The notes under the pieces were generated by a model, which made no database searches, had not been told where the DNA came from, and saw only the letters and a list, made by a program, of their open reading frames with translations. The translations under genes and the position numbers were made by a program. A stretch of DNA of 64,000 nucleotides from Candidatus Omnitrophota bacterium (GTDB lineage Bacteria > Omnitrophota > Gorgyraeia > Zapsychrales > Fredricksoniimonadaceae), in contig JBAXRK010000001.1 of NCBI GenBank assembly GCA_037131245.1, positions 24,385 to 88,384 of the forward strand, written 5' to 3'. Below, piece by piece: positions 40,701 through 52,700 of the stretch (its first letter is position 1; every line of letters begins with the position of its first letter).

Positions 40701-43700
40701 CTTCGCGGCGGCAACCTCACGGGCGCGCAGGAACTTGATCGCGCGGTCAATACCGTACGCGCGCATCTCTTTAACCGCCGCTGTACGATCCGCCGCATAT
40801 TTAACAACTTTTCCCCAATGGAGCACCAGGCCCTTGGACGTCCATGTCGTCTTGCCATCAAGGATCCTGGCAACCACATCACGGATCTCCTGGGCATCCT
40901 GCTCGCCGATCGAGAGCCCGAACTGATGCTTATGGCGCAGCAACCTCAGGATCGTATCCGACTGAACAATAGAAGCGCGGCCATTAAGAGTTACCCGGCC
41001 GGCAAGAAGATCATCGAACGCCGCTGTCGGGCCATAAACCTTACCCTGCGCGTCCATCGCCAACTTGATAACAGAAGGCAGACGGCCGAACAGGTTCTGC
41101 TCGCCATTCTCGGTGTAATAGAGGAAGCACGGCCAATTTATCGACGCACGTCCATCGGTAAATACTTTCTGGATCGGGCCGGAATAGGTTACCGAGAGGC
41201 CCTGGAACGTCGCGTGGATCTTACCGTTCTCGATCGGGGCCATACCGGTGGAATCAGCCAGGCCAAGCGCCCTGGCGAGACGGTCCATTTCCTGACGGGC
41301 CGCCGCTACAACACGGTCGGAAGTTTTCAAGCTGGTGGACGCCTGCTTGTTCTCTTCATCGGTCAGATCGACCAGAACGCTGATATCCAGATCATTGACC
41401 TGACGGCCATAGAACACATCGCGGACCGATCCGCCAATAATAATGATGCGATCGAGTTTATTGTCGCGCAAGAATTTCAGGAACGCCTGCAGGCGCGTAT
41501 CTTTAATATCGCTGGCTTCAAACTGACGGGTCGCGCGGACGCGAGTGACCAGATCGCGGTTAAGCGTTACTTCCTTGTCATCCTGCGATTTCTTAGCCTC
41601 GGCTTCTTCGCGGGATTTCTTGTCCGCGGCAGCTTGGCTGATCTTCTGTGCTTCAGTATTAAGAGCAGGCGGGAACAAGGCCACTTCCAATAAATCAAGA
41701 AAATCATTATCCACAACAATGCCAGCATTAATAGTGGTTGGCGCTAACAACCAATCTGAGAAATCATTTAATAAATTCAAAGAAGTTAAACGCGCCATAT
41801 CACGTTTACGCGTCTGTTCTTCATTGTATCCAAGAACATGGTCAAATTCATGTGCCATGACAATACGTTGAACGTTCGGGGGAGCACGCAACATCTCTGG
41901 ATTAAAATAGATCGCCCATAATTTTCCGCCTTCAACAACAAGCTCCTTAACAGCCGCAAGGACCGATAGTTGAGGGGCGAGTACAAAAACAACCTTCACC
42001 GTATCAAGTTTTTCTTTATGGTCATAATCATTAATCAGGCTCAACAAAGCAGATCGCTGTTCAATTGTAACCTCAAACTTCTCCCCATCTTTAACCGGTG
42101 CTTGGACAGGAAATGCCTTAAGATCATTATCAACGTTTACGGCAAATCTCTGGCCGCGAGAAATCGATACAGATCCCGGTCTTCCCAATGAAACCAGTTC
42201 TTCTCTCCATCTCGTCATTTCGACCTGGGCCTGATTTCCAGAGCACCCCGCGTTCTCAAAATTAGTCCAATATGTTTCAGACACCGTTTCATAAACCGAC
42301 GGTATCTCTAGTGTAAACTTAACAACAAAATCATACCCCTCTTTTGCCCATTGCAATGCTTGCGGGAAAAACTCACAAATCTTATCTTCGTCTTCAGTAG
42401 GAATTCTTTCTCTAAACCTTCCGATAACGTCCGCCGCTTGAATTCCAAGTATTTTCTTAAATGCCTCAATTTCGGTGACGCTACTCATAATCGCAATATT
42501 TTCATCTGTTACTGGGATTCCAAACGCAGCCAACTTAACTTTGACAGAGGCCCTAACTTTTCTCTCTGCTTCTATCTTTGCTAAACGCTCTTTTTCAAGT
42601 CGAACTGCTTCTACCTGAGCCATCGACTTCTTAATATCTAACCAGAACGCATTTATAAATCTTCCAAGCCTTACCAAAATAGGCCACGCGACCAAAATCA
42701 AAACTACGTACGCAGCAATATACGAAAGACTATGCGAATTGAGATCAGAAAGGTTTTGTCCAAATACAACGAAACCAGCTAAAGCCGCCTGCGAGTTCGC
42801 TCCTTTTTCGGCTAGAGCCAAAATTTTACGCTCGCGCACCGCACGGATTCGCTCCGATGAAGCTGTCTTTACTTGATTACGTTCATCAGAAGTAATTAGA
42901 GCTTCATTTATAGCTAAAAGTTTTAGCTTATTGGCCAGTTCTTTCTCTGCAGCAGCCTTTTCCTCGGCAATCTTTTTATCTGCCGCCGCCTTCGCTTCCA
43001 ACGCCGCCTGAGCCTTCTTCTGCTCGGCCACCTTGGCAGCGGTCACAATAGCGAAGTTGCTGGCATTAGCCGGAACATTGCCAAGGATCAAATGGATACT
43101 GGCAAAACGAATATTGATATCGGCCGGAAGAGCGCTGACGATGCGTCCGTCGGTCAGCGCGTACTGAACAACCATTTGACCGGATCTCAACGCGGCGAGA
43201 AGAACATCTTTGAAAGCTTGCTGGAGCGGTTCGGGGACACTATAAGAGGAAAGATCAAGGTCAACAGAGCCATCGGCATTCCTGGTCACGGCCGGGGGAG
43301 CCAGAACCTGCGGCAATCGAGCGATGATACTTTCGGCAAGCCATTCTTCAGCCACTATCCTGCGAGCATTTTCCTGGATCTGGGCCTTCTCCATGAGATC
43401 AATGAATATTCCCGTCGCCGCGTGCTTGTCGTCCTCGTTCTGAACCTCAAGAACGATGTTGGCTTTTCCCGTCAGGTGCCGAACAACCGCCGCGCCAACC
43501 GTGATCGGCATCTCCTTACTACTCAACTTAGCAGCGGCTTCAGCTTCCCGAAGCGGATTGGCACAAACGCCGCTCTCCTTGACAGCCGCATGATATTTCC
43601 TGAACGCAGCCAATAACTCTGCGCCGTTCTTATTCTCATTCCGGGCCTTTTCAAGTTCGCCAAATGCTTTGTTCTCTGCTTTCTTGGCATCGTCTGCCTT

Positions 43701-46700
43701 TTTCTTGAGGCCGTTAATTTTGCCCTGTTCTTCTTTGATCTTGCGGCTTGCGTCACTCAACGCCGATGCCACATCAACATTCGCCAGATATTGCCCGCTC
43801 ATTTGATCAAGCTTAACCGTGATCTGAGAGCTTCTCACTTCGATCGACCCGATCGTCCTCACTAAAGCATTCAACAGCTGCTCCTGCGCCTTCTTGGCAT
43901 TACCGCCATTCACATCCACCAGGGCGCGGCGCAAGCCCTGGTTCCAATCCATCCGCGCTACCATTCCACGAGCCACCCACTGTTGGCGTTTCTCAGACTT
44001 GACCTTCGCCATGATCATGGCAACATTCTCAACGAACACCGCCTGTCTCTGCTCAATGATCTTTTGAGCGGCCTTAACCTGACGAGCGTCAACAGCCTTA
44101 GACAGTGCCTGTACCGTCACTGAATCTTTCGGCATCTTGCCACCATTCACATCCATCATCGCCTGACGATACGCAACCAGCTGAGCCCTTCCCGCCTTGC
44201 TGATCAAAGCTCTAACGGCCGGGTGCCTCACCGCTCTATTGCTTCTGCGTTGCTCAGCCTTCACGCGATCGTAATCTTCATCCTGATATGTCTCGGGATC
44301 GGCCTTCAGATCGGCCAGCGCCTGTTGGGCGACTTTTGCATGCTGAGCATACTTGACCGGCAGCACCCGGATCACGCGTATCTCATCTGCGGCCGTCCTC
44401 AAGACCTGAGCCTCAATAACGGACATAACCTTCTGCGCATCCGCAACAAAGATCGTCAGTAGATCATTGGACAACTTTTTCTGCGCTTTCTTCAGGTCGC
44501 CGCCGTTAACATCCACCAGGGCCTGGCGAAGGCCGGTAGTCCAGTTCATCCGGACCATTGCGCCTCGACGGATCTCCTGGCGCTTGGCTTTCACAGTATT
44601 GACAACAAAGATCCAATAGCGCTGATCAACGATCACTTGAGACGCTGCGATATGAGCCGCCATTAGATCATTGAACAATTTCTCCTGCGCCTTTTTAAGA
44701 TCTCCGCCGTTCACAGCCACCAGAGCCTGACGAACACCAGCGGTCCACTTCATCCGGCTCATTGAACCGCGAACGATCCAAGCCTGGCGCTTCTCGCTCT
44801 TGGCCCTGGCCTTTGCCTTCGCCATCAGGACCTGAACGCGGCGAATATCTCCGCTTCTGACATTGACCACATTCTTCACAAAAGAACGATAACGACGCTC
44901 AAATATCTGATTCACCGCCGGTGCTTTTTTGCCCGAAGCCACCAGCGCCAATTTAGCCATTGCCCACACCGCCAAGTGAGCCGCTTCAACATTCCCCTGT
45001 TTCTGCTGCAGGATCCGTGTCCAATCTCCCGCGCTCAACCGGGAAGCCATCGCCTTGCCAGCAGCGATCGTCTGTGCCTTGATATCATTATCGCGTTTCG
45101 TTTCAATAGCTTTCTTGTCATTCCCAAGCTTCTTCACTTCAGCGCTGGCAACTGCAGAATCAAGCATCAATTGTGTAGCCTCTGCGTCCGTCAAACTGGC
45201 AGACGCCGCAGCTTTTGCCTTCTCTAAAGCGTTCTTCGCCTTATCTTCTTCCGCTTTGATCCGTGCGTTCAAGGCGTCAATAGCTGCTTTAGCCGCCGGC
45301 GTAATTGCCTCGATCGCCGCATTCTGCGCTTTTACTTCGTCCGCAACCCGTTCCATGCCGAACAGGGATCCATCATTCCCCGGCGTCCACGGCGTCTTCG
45401 GACCATTGTTCTTCTCCGCTTCCAGGGCCGCATCATTGCCCTTCCGTGTCTTGCTCTCAAGCCTGAGCAAATTGAGCACATCATAAAGGCCGATCAGGGC
45501 ATCCAAACCAATAACATTATTCGCGAGTTTATGCTTAATATCCGTCATGATCCCGGGGTACGGAGCGATCGGGAATGGCAAATACTCCGCTTCCGTGATG
45601 TACCATAGTGCGCGCTCGTAAAGCCTGTTGTTCTTAAAAGCCTTCTTGCCGGTCGTGTCCATCAGCGGCCGCGGCAAGTTACCGGTCAGGCGGACCACTT
45701 CCAGAATATATTCATCGGCCAGGATCCCAGCCTCAGCCATAGCGGAAAGCATCTCTTTACGGGCCTCATCAGCGATCCTATTGGAGAGAATGCCCGTCCT
45801 GACCAGCGACTGGATCTGAGCCATAGCATGGCGAGCGCGGATCTGCGCCATAGTAACCTGCGCCTGCGGGATCTCCGCGAACGGAAGCTTCATGCCCTTG
45901 GCGACAATACGGCCGGCCACAGCATCAGAGCGTTTTGCAAGATCCGTGATGCTCTTATCTGCCGTCTCAATGCTGTTCACAGCATCACTGATAAAGACGA
46001 TCGAAATATTACCGAAAATACGACGATAATGAGATACATTCTGATTGAAGACGCGAACGAGACCCAGAGAACGATCCGTGCCATTACGCTCAGCCTTGAT
46101 CGGATCGGCGTATCCTGACATCTCAGCGGCCACTGCATCCACCAAAGCTGTTTCCTGATAAGAAACCTTCTTCTCCAGCTGTGCCAACGGAGAGAACTTC
46201 ACGTTCATAATGTTAAGCGCATCCAGGAAGCCCCAGCTGAGCGCCTGTAAGGGCATCTTCACCACATCATCCCACCAATGCTTCAGCTCATGGCGGAACT
46301 CGGTCCAATTGCCTTCAGAAGCCAGGCTGATCATGGTCTTCATGTCAGCTCTCGGATTTAAAATGTACATCCCCGCCCAGCCGGCCACAAAGCTCATGAC
46401 CGGGAGGAACCACAGGGCGATCAGTTCAGGGGCAAAGCCCATGAACGCGGCCAGGAGGAAAGTCCAGAAAGCGCCGGTCCGTATGGCATTCTCATAGCGA
46501 AGGTACATATCCACGAAGTTCCTCATGCGGACGATGGTCGCGCCCTTACCGGTTGAAGAGATGAACTTCGCCAAACGCTGGGCACCGATCATGCCGACCG
46601 ACTCCTCATATGTCCATATCCAGTTGACAAAGAACCAGTAGAAACGAACCGCGACTTCCTTAATGAAGGTCGCGATCGCACGAGGGCCGAGGCCGCGATG

Positions 46701-49700
46701 CTCTTCATAAGCGATATTAAACAAAGCGCCAAAGCTGATCGCCTGCGAGAAGAAAATAGCACCGACCCATAAGTAAACCGGCAAACCAGCGAACAGGTTA
46801 TAGCCCAGGATCAGGAAGAAGAAGATGACCCAGCGCAGATAGCGAGCGACAGAAGGCTTCTTGAGATAGAATCCAAAACCGTCGAGCCAGAAATTATCCA
46901 TCTTATGGGCCCACGGCGTCTTCGGTGAGAGGAGCATGGTGAGCGGCATACGGCCAGCCACAGACTCGGTGGAATCGCTCGCCCATTTGTAAGACGATGT
47001 GCGATGATTGAGCTCGGAATAGAACCAGTTCTTCCCGCGCCGATAATAACGCAAGTGCTTTGTGCGGTAACCGAAGAGCGCAAAAGCGACCGTCGTGATC
47101 GAATCTTCGGCAACATAGTCGTCGCCCGCCAGACCTTCCGACCAACGCATAGCCTGGGTGCGGACCATGAACTTACCATAAGCCGTCACGCCGCCGACCT
47201 GATCCTTACCGGTAAGCGCGTGATAGTAGAAGGCATTCTCCCCGATCGGAACGATCTTGCCGACCGAGCTGATATTCGTGGCGATATAATGATCGATGAT
47301 CGGTACGCCGGAACCCAGGCGGGAATCATAATAGAACTCGGAAATGACTTCCGGCGTATACCAGATATCTTCAGTACGGGCATGGTGGTCCGCGTCGACC
47401 AGATCAAGGGTCAGACCATGTGTGAACGGAACGGACACGGTCAGCGAGTTCCACTTCATGGAATGCGGCTGCTCGATCGGATTATTCCGGTTCCAGGTCG
47501 CCGTTGCGCCCTCGACAATGACCGTCTTGAACAGAGGCCTTACCCCATTCATAGCCTTCGAATCATTGGTCGCAGCGATCAACGGCTCCATCTTCCCAGC
47601 CAGACGCAGATGCTCCTGCACCAGATCATCACGATCAATGACGCCTTCCAAATATGCCTGGCGCAATTTCGGCAACAGAACATACAAGTATTCTCTCAAA
47701 CTAGACATGACCATCGGATCCATAGATTCAGGAATGAGCTGTCTAAAGCGTATCAGCTTGCCCTGGTCTTGGCTCAAGCGCTGAGCAATGCGCTGCGTTG
47801 TAGCCTGAACCGTTCTGACTTCCACAGCGAGCTTGGTATATCCTTTTTCTTCATAATTACCGAACGAACCAAAATGTTTCATCATCAGGCGATCCGTACG
47901 CTCTTCCACCGCCAGGCTGATCTGCGCGTCAGTATAATCTGGACGGATCATCCTCATGCGATACTCATAAACCTTTTTAACCTTAAGAGAAGACGCGGCA
48001 TTATTCCAAAGATCGGCCAGGAATGTATTGGCCCATTCGACCAGGAATGTCTGGGTCATATTGCGAATGCCTTCCATGGAATGCTTGGGCTCTCCGGGCA
48101 TACGACGCAATTCTCTTAACTCATGGGCGCTGGCGCGTAAGAAGTATGCCGGCTTCCCGTTAAGCTCACCGATCCTCAGGCCATCCTGACGAACCGCGTC
48201 GATCCTGTCCGAATCCACAGGGATCCAAACACCCTGCTCGAGCGTGCGAACCATGGCCTGCCAATAAGCCCTCTTGTCACGAGCCAACAAGCCAAAACGA
48301 GTCGTCAGCTCCTCGACCATTTTCTTGTCTTCCTCTTTAGTAACAGTCAACTTGTTAAGCTCATCCCAAACGAAAAAGGTATCCTCACCGAAGCCCTGCA
48401 TAGACAAGGCATAAGCCAAAAGATCGCGCTCACGAACCGGGGCCGACGGACGGTCAAAACGGATCTGGTCATTAACAAAATGAATGATACGGTGCCTGCG
48501 CTCTTCTGAGGTGTCGCGGTTATCCGCACGGAACAGATCCATAACATTGCGATACCATGGCTGATCTTCACCCAAAAGGACAGCCAGACGGTTCAGGCGC
48601 TCCTGGTCAAAGGCCGGTGAATTGCGATACTGACGGATGATCGCTTTCCAGGCCAGCGCGTCATTAGGATCGATCAACAGCTGCTTATGATCCGGATTAG
48701 TCAGCTCTTCGATGATCGCAAGCTCAAATTCATTGATCGCTTCCTGGCCCATGGTCAAAGGCTGACGCCCGGCGGCCTTGAAATTATTGGCATACCAGCC
48801 TTCGGCCTGGTTACGGAACAGATGATCGAGAACCGTCGGAAGCTGCTTATAGGTCTTTACATCATAAATGTGCATTTCCCGATAATAGCGACGCGTCACC
48901 AGGCTCTTCACCAGATAACCCATGGAATAGAAGGTCAGGCGCAGAGTCTCAAAGACCACCGCAAATAGCAGGATTTGCAGAACAACCCGCAGAACATTGT
49001 AGACCAGGATGGACGGCCCGACCGGCAGGAACGTATTAAGCGCGACCGCGGAGAGCAGAATGCCCGCCTGAACCATGAGCTGCAGCTTGTGCATTCTGAC
49101 AACGCTCTTAAGCGAAACCTTCTTCTGCGCTTCCGCCGGAACTTTCTCGCCGGCTTCCTTGGCCGCCTTGGCCGCCTGAGCTTTCTCCGCTTTCATCATA
49201 TGACGGCGGACCAAGAGGAAGAACCCTTGAGCGATCAAAAGCGCAAGCGGCACAGCAATAACAAGATACCAGTTAGCCGCCAGGAGGTACGGAATGCCTA
49301 TATAAGAGATCTGTGAGATCGCGTTCCAGAGGATCACCCCACCCAGACCGGCGGACAAAATAATGATCATACTGCTGTGGAAAGCGCGCATCTTGTCGAG
49401 CATATGCTTGGCATAAGGATTGCCTTTGCTCAACCCTAAAATGTCCCAGATCGTCTGACCCTTCATACGAGCGCCGGAGAAAACACTTAAAGTGAAGCGC
49501 CAGAAGCCCATCCAGAATGTCTGATAAGCTTCCAAACGATGCTTGATGCGCGGCAGCCCGGTCAAATGCTCACTTGTCATAATAAAAGTGCGGAACTTCT
49601 CGATGAACTGATGATATTGATCGTTCTGATTGATCGGGAAAGATTGCGGCCCCGTGACCACATCAAAAGAATGCGTCCCATCCATGATGCTCAGAACATA

Positions 49701-52700
49701 TGTCTCAAATTCCTTCCTCAAGGCTTCCAGCTTATCCTTTTTATCCTGGCTCATTTTCCCGTTCTTGGCCAAAAGATCCTGCCCCAGGAGGAAGCGCCAG
49801 GCCTGGTTCTTCTCTTCCCACATGAACGAGAACTTATGCAGTCTCGATGAGCCGAAACGATCTTTAACATTCTCCTGTTCACCGACCTTCCAGGAAGGAG
49901 CACCGGCGCCCATTTCACTGAAACTGATCTTCACGATCAATTGGTACAGCCTCATGAACGCCGACATGAAAGCCTTGCCCTCTGCCTCGTTCTCATACCA
50001 ATGGGAATAACGGGTTTTAACAAGATAGGAATACAGCCACTCGTCCAAACGGCCCTGGCCGTTGATCGCAACGCCTTCCGACGTCAACACCTGACGCAGC
50101 ACATACATTTCAAGAGGAACAATGCGATGACGCGCGCCCTCACCCGGATTGGCTTCCTTCTCAAGGTCATCGTTCGATACAACGTACATACCGGACGGAG
50201 ATTTCTCACGCGGCAGATCCAGCTCTTCAAAATCAGCAGCCAAACGGATGCTCTTAACGATCGTCTCGATCAAACGATGGCGGGTACCGACATTGGCATC
50301 TTTGCTGCCAGCTTCCCCGGCATAAAGGTCATATGACAGGCCGAGCTTCGTAAAAAGCTCCTTGACCTTGCGCTCGATCTCCAACGCGCGCGTCGATGAC
50401 ATCCGGTCATCGCGGGCGATCACAGAACCCCTCACCACCATTGAACGGGCACTTTCCGGATGATCCACCCGGCGCATCATCTCGGCCACGACCCGGCGTT
50501 GAAAACGCGCCGCGGAGATCAACGGACGGACCGTCTCAAGGGAGCGGAGTGCCGCTTCATAATTTCCACGACCGAACGCGTCTATCAACTCGCTAAGCGC
50601 AATAGCCGGACCTTCTTCAGCCGCAACCCTCTCTTTATCCTGACGGAAATACTTGCTGGACGGATCGAAAGAATTATCCCGGATATGAGCCATCCGCTTT
50701 TCGATCCTGCGCCACTCTCTGGCACGGTCACGGGCACTCGGGATCTTGGAAACAACCTTCTCCAGGCGCGGCAGGACAGCATTCCTGAAGATCGTATAGT
50801 TATCAAATCTTCCCAAAGCCTTACGGGCATCAATAATGACATTACTCTGATTCGGTTTCCATCCGGCGCTGATCAAGTCCTGATTATTGTCGGCATTGAC
50901 ATTGACCTTATGGCTCCGACGAATAGCGCGATAACCGGCGGTCAGAAGGCTGTAAATCAAATACATAAGCGGGAACGCAAGGACGGCAGTCGCTATGCCT
51001 TTGGTCCAGCCCCAGACATTGGCCCAGAAATGGCTCTGCTCATAATTCTGGATGGAATCAACCTTGATCTGCGGCACATCCGAAACTTTGATCTGCTTGT
51101 CGAACGCCGAAAGCTTAAGGACATCAGGATCATTCTTACCATTCTTCACTTTCTCAATAACCTTATCCAGCGTCCTCTCGGCGTTGCTCTTCAGGAACGG
51201 AACAAAACGCTGGATCTTGCTGATCGCACCATCACTGGTCATGTCGGAGGCATTCAACTCGGATTCAAATCCGGCCACGCCAAGATCCGTAAAGAAACCG
51301 CTCGCGTTCTTCTTGCTCGCCACCGTCTTGCCATTGGCCTGCAGACGAACCGCGGCCGGCTTCTCACCCAAAGTCCAGGTCTGGCTCTTCGCATCAAACT
51401 TCGGATGAACATACACTTGTGATAAAACATACGCTTTGCCATCAAGGTTAACAGCGTAATTAACCACAACACTGTACAGCCCCTTGGCCTGTCCATTCTC
51501 TATTTCCAGCGAGTAAGCTGACTGCTCCCAATTATCGAAATGCAGCTGAACATTAGCCGGTGTGCTTTGACCACGTCCCTCGAAACCCTTGAAAGCCAAG
51601 CGGCCGCTAGCCAGGTCAAAGCCCTGATAGCGCAAGCCCTGCTCTTTCACGCTCTCGGCTTTATAAACGCTGTGACTGTTTGTCATGATCTCGCGGCCGT
51701 TCAACTGAACAACTTCACCGCTACCAACCGCTTGACCCTTCATTGATTCAAGCGCCATGCGCAACACCGTTTCGTTAACATCAGCCCCGGTCTTGAACGT
51801 GTTCCCATTGAGCTTGAACTCATGACTTTCGAGCGCCAACCTCGAATTGAGCTCATCGCCGTATTTCGAAACCGTCATCCAGCCGGGAACACCCTGTGGC
51901 AGGCCGGTCGAAGGCTTGCTGTCACTAAACTCGTTCATTGTCACAAATTCACGGCCGCGATTATCGAGGATCTGCCGGTCGGCCTGCAGCACATACTTAA
52001 ACGCGATCTCACCCTTAAATTGATTAAGCTGATCACGCAAATGCTCCCAACCGCTCAGCATATCACCGGCGGTAAAACTATGCCCGTCAGCTACGCGAAC
52101 ACGGCTATAGACAATATAACCTTTGCCATCCGGCGCGTTGGTGATCAAGCCGGTATTATCCGAGAAGGAATCAACCTGCTCATTCATACCATGTGTCTGG
52201 GTCTTTAGAGCCTTAAGAGCGATATCAATAGAGCCCTGGCCATTATTAACTAAATCCTCCGTATAGAAGAAATATGTCCGCACGCCGTTCACTTCACGGA
52301 CGCGGTCACGGCCCTGCAGGTCGATCAGCGCGGTATAGGCCACATCATTCGTGGTCCCGGCTTTCAGGTCGATATGATGCTCGATACCGGCATAAGAGAG
52401 CGTGCCGTTGCGGAAAATGCGATTAGCCAGGCTGAGGTCATTGAAGTCCGTGATCTTGTTGCCATTAACATCGAGCAGCCAGCTTTCATCCGTCAGGTAA
52501 TTGCCAACCATCGTCCTGGCCGACGTCGCCACGCCCAGGGCACGGGGAACGCCCACATACTGCTTGGTCGTGATCTCGCCATTCGCGCGGCTCTCGACCA
52601 CATTATTATTCCCGTCCTTGATCTCGGTGTGCTTATCATTGAGCAACAGGCTGGTGACCTCGGACTCAATGCGGGTCAGGTCGCGGCTGGCCTCACCCTG

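Noticed and set aside
41690-42960. AT-rich block as an inserted mobile element or prophage remnant
   Set aside because: It has no inverted or direct terminal repeats, no transposase or integrase motifs and no frame disruption. It is translated in frame as part of the ORF, so it is reported only as a compositional island.
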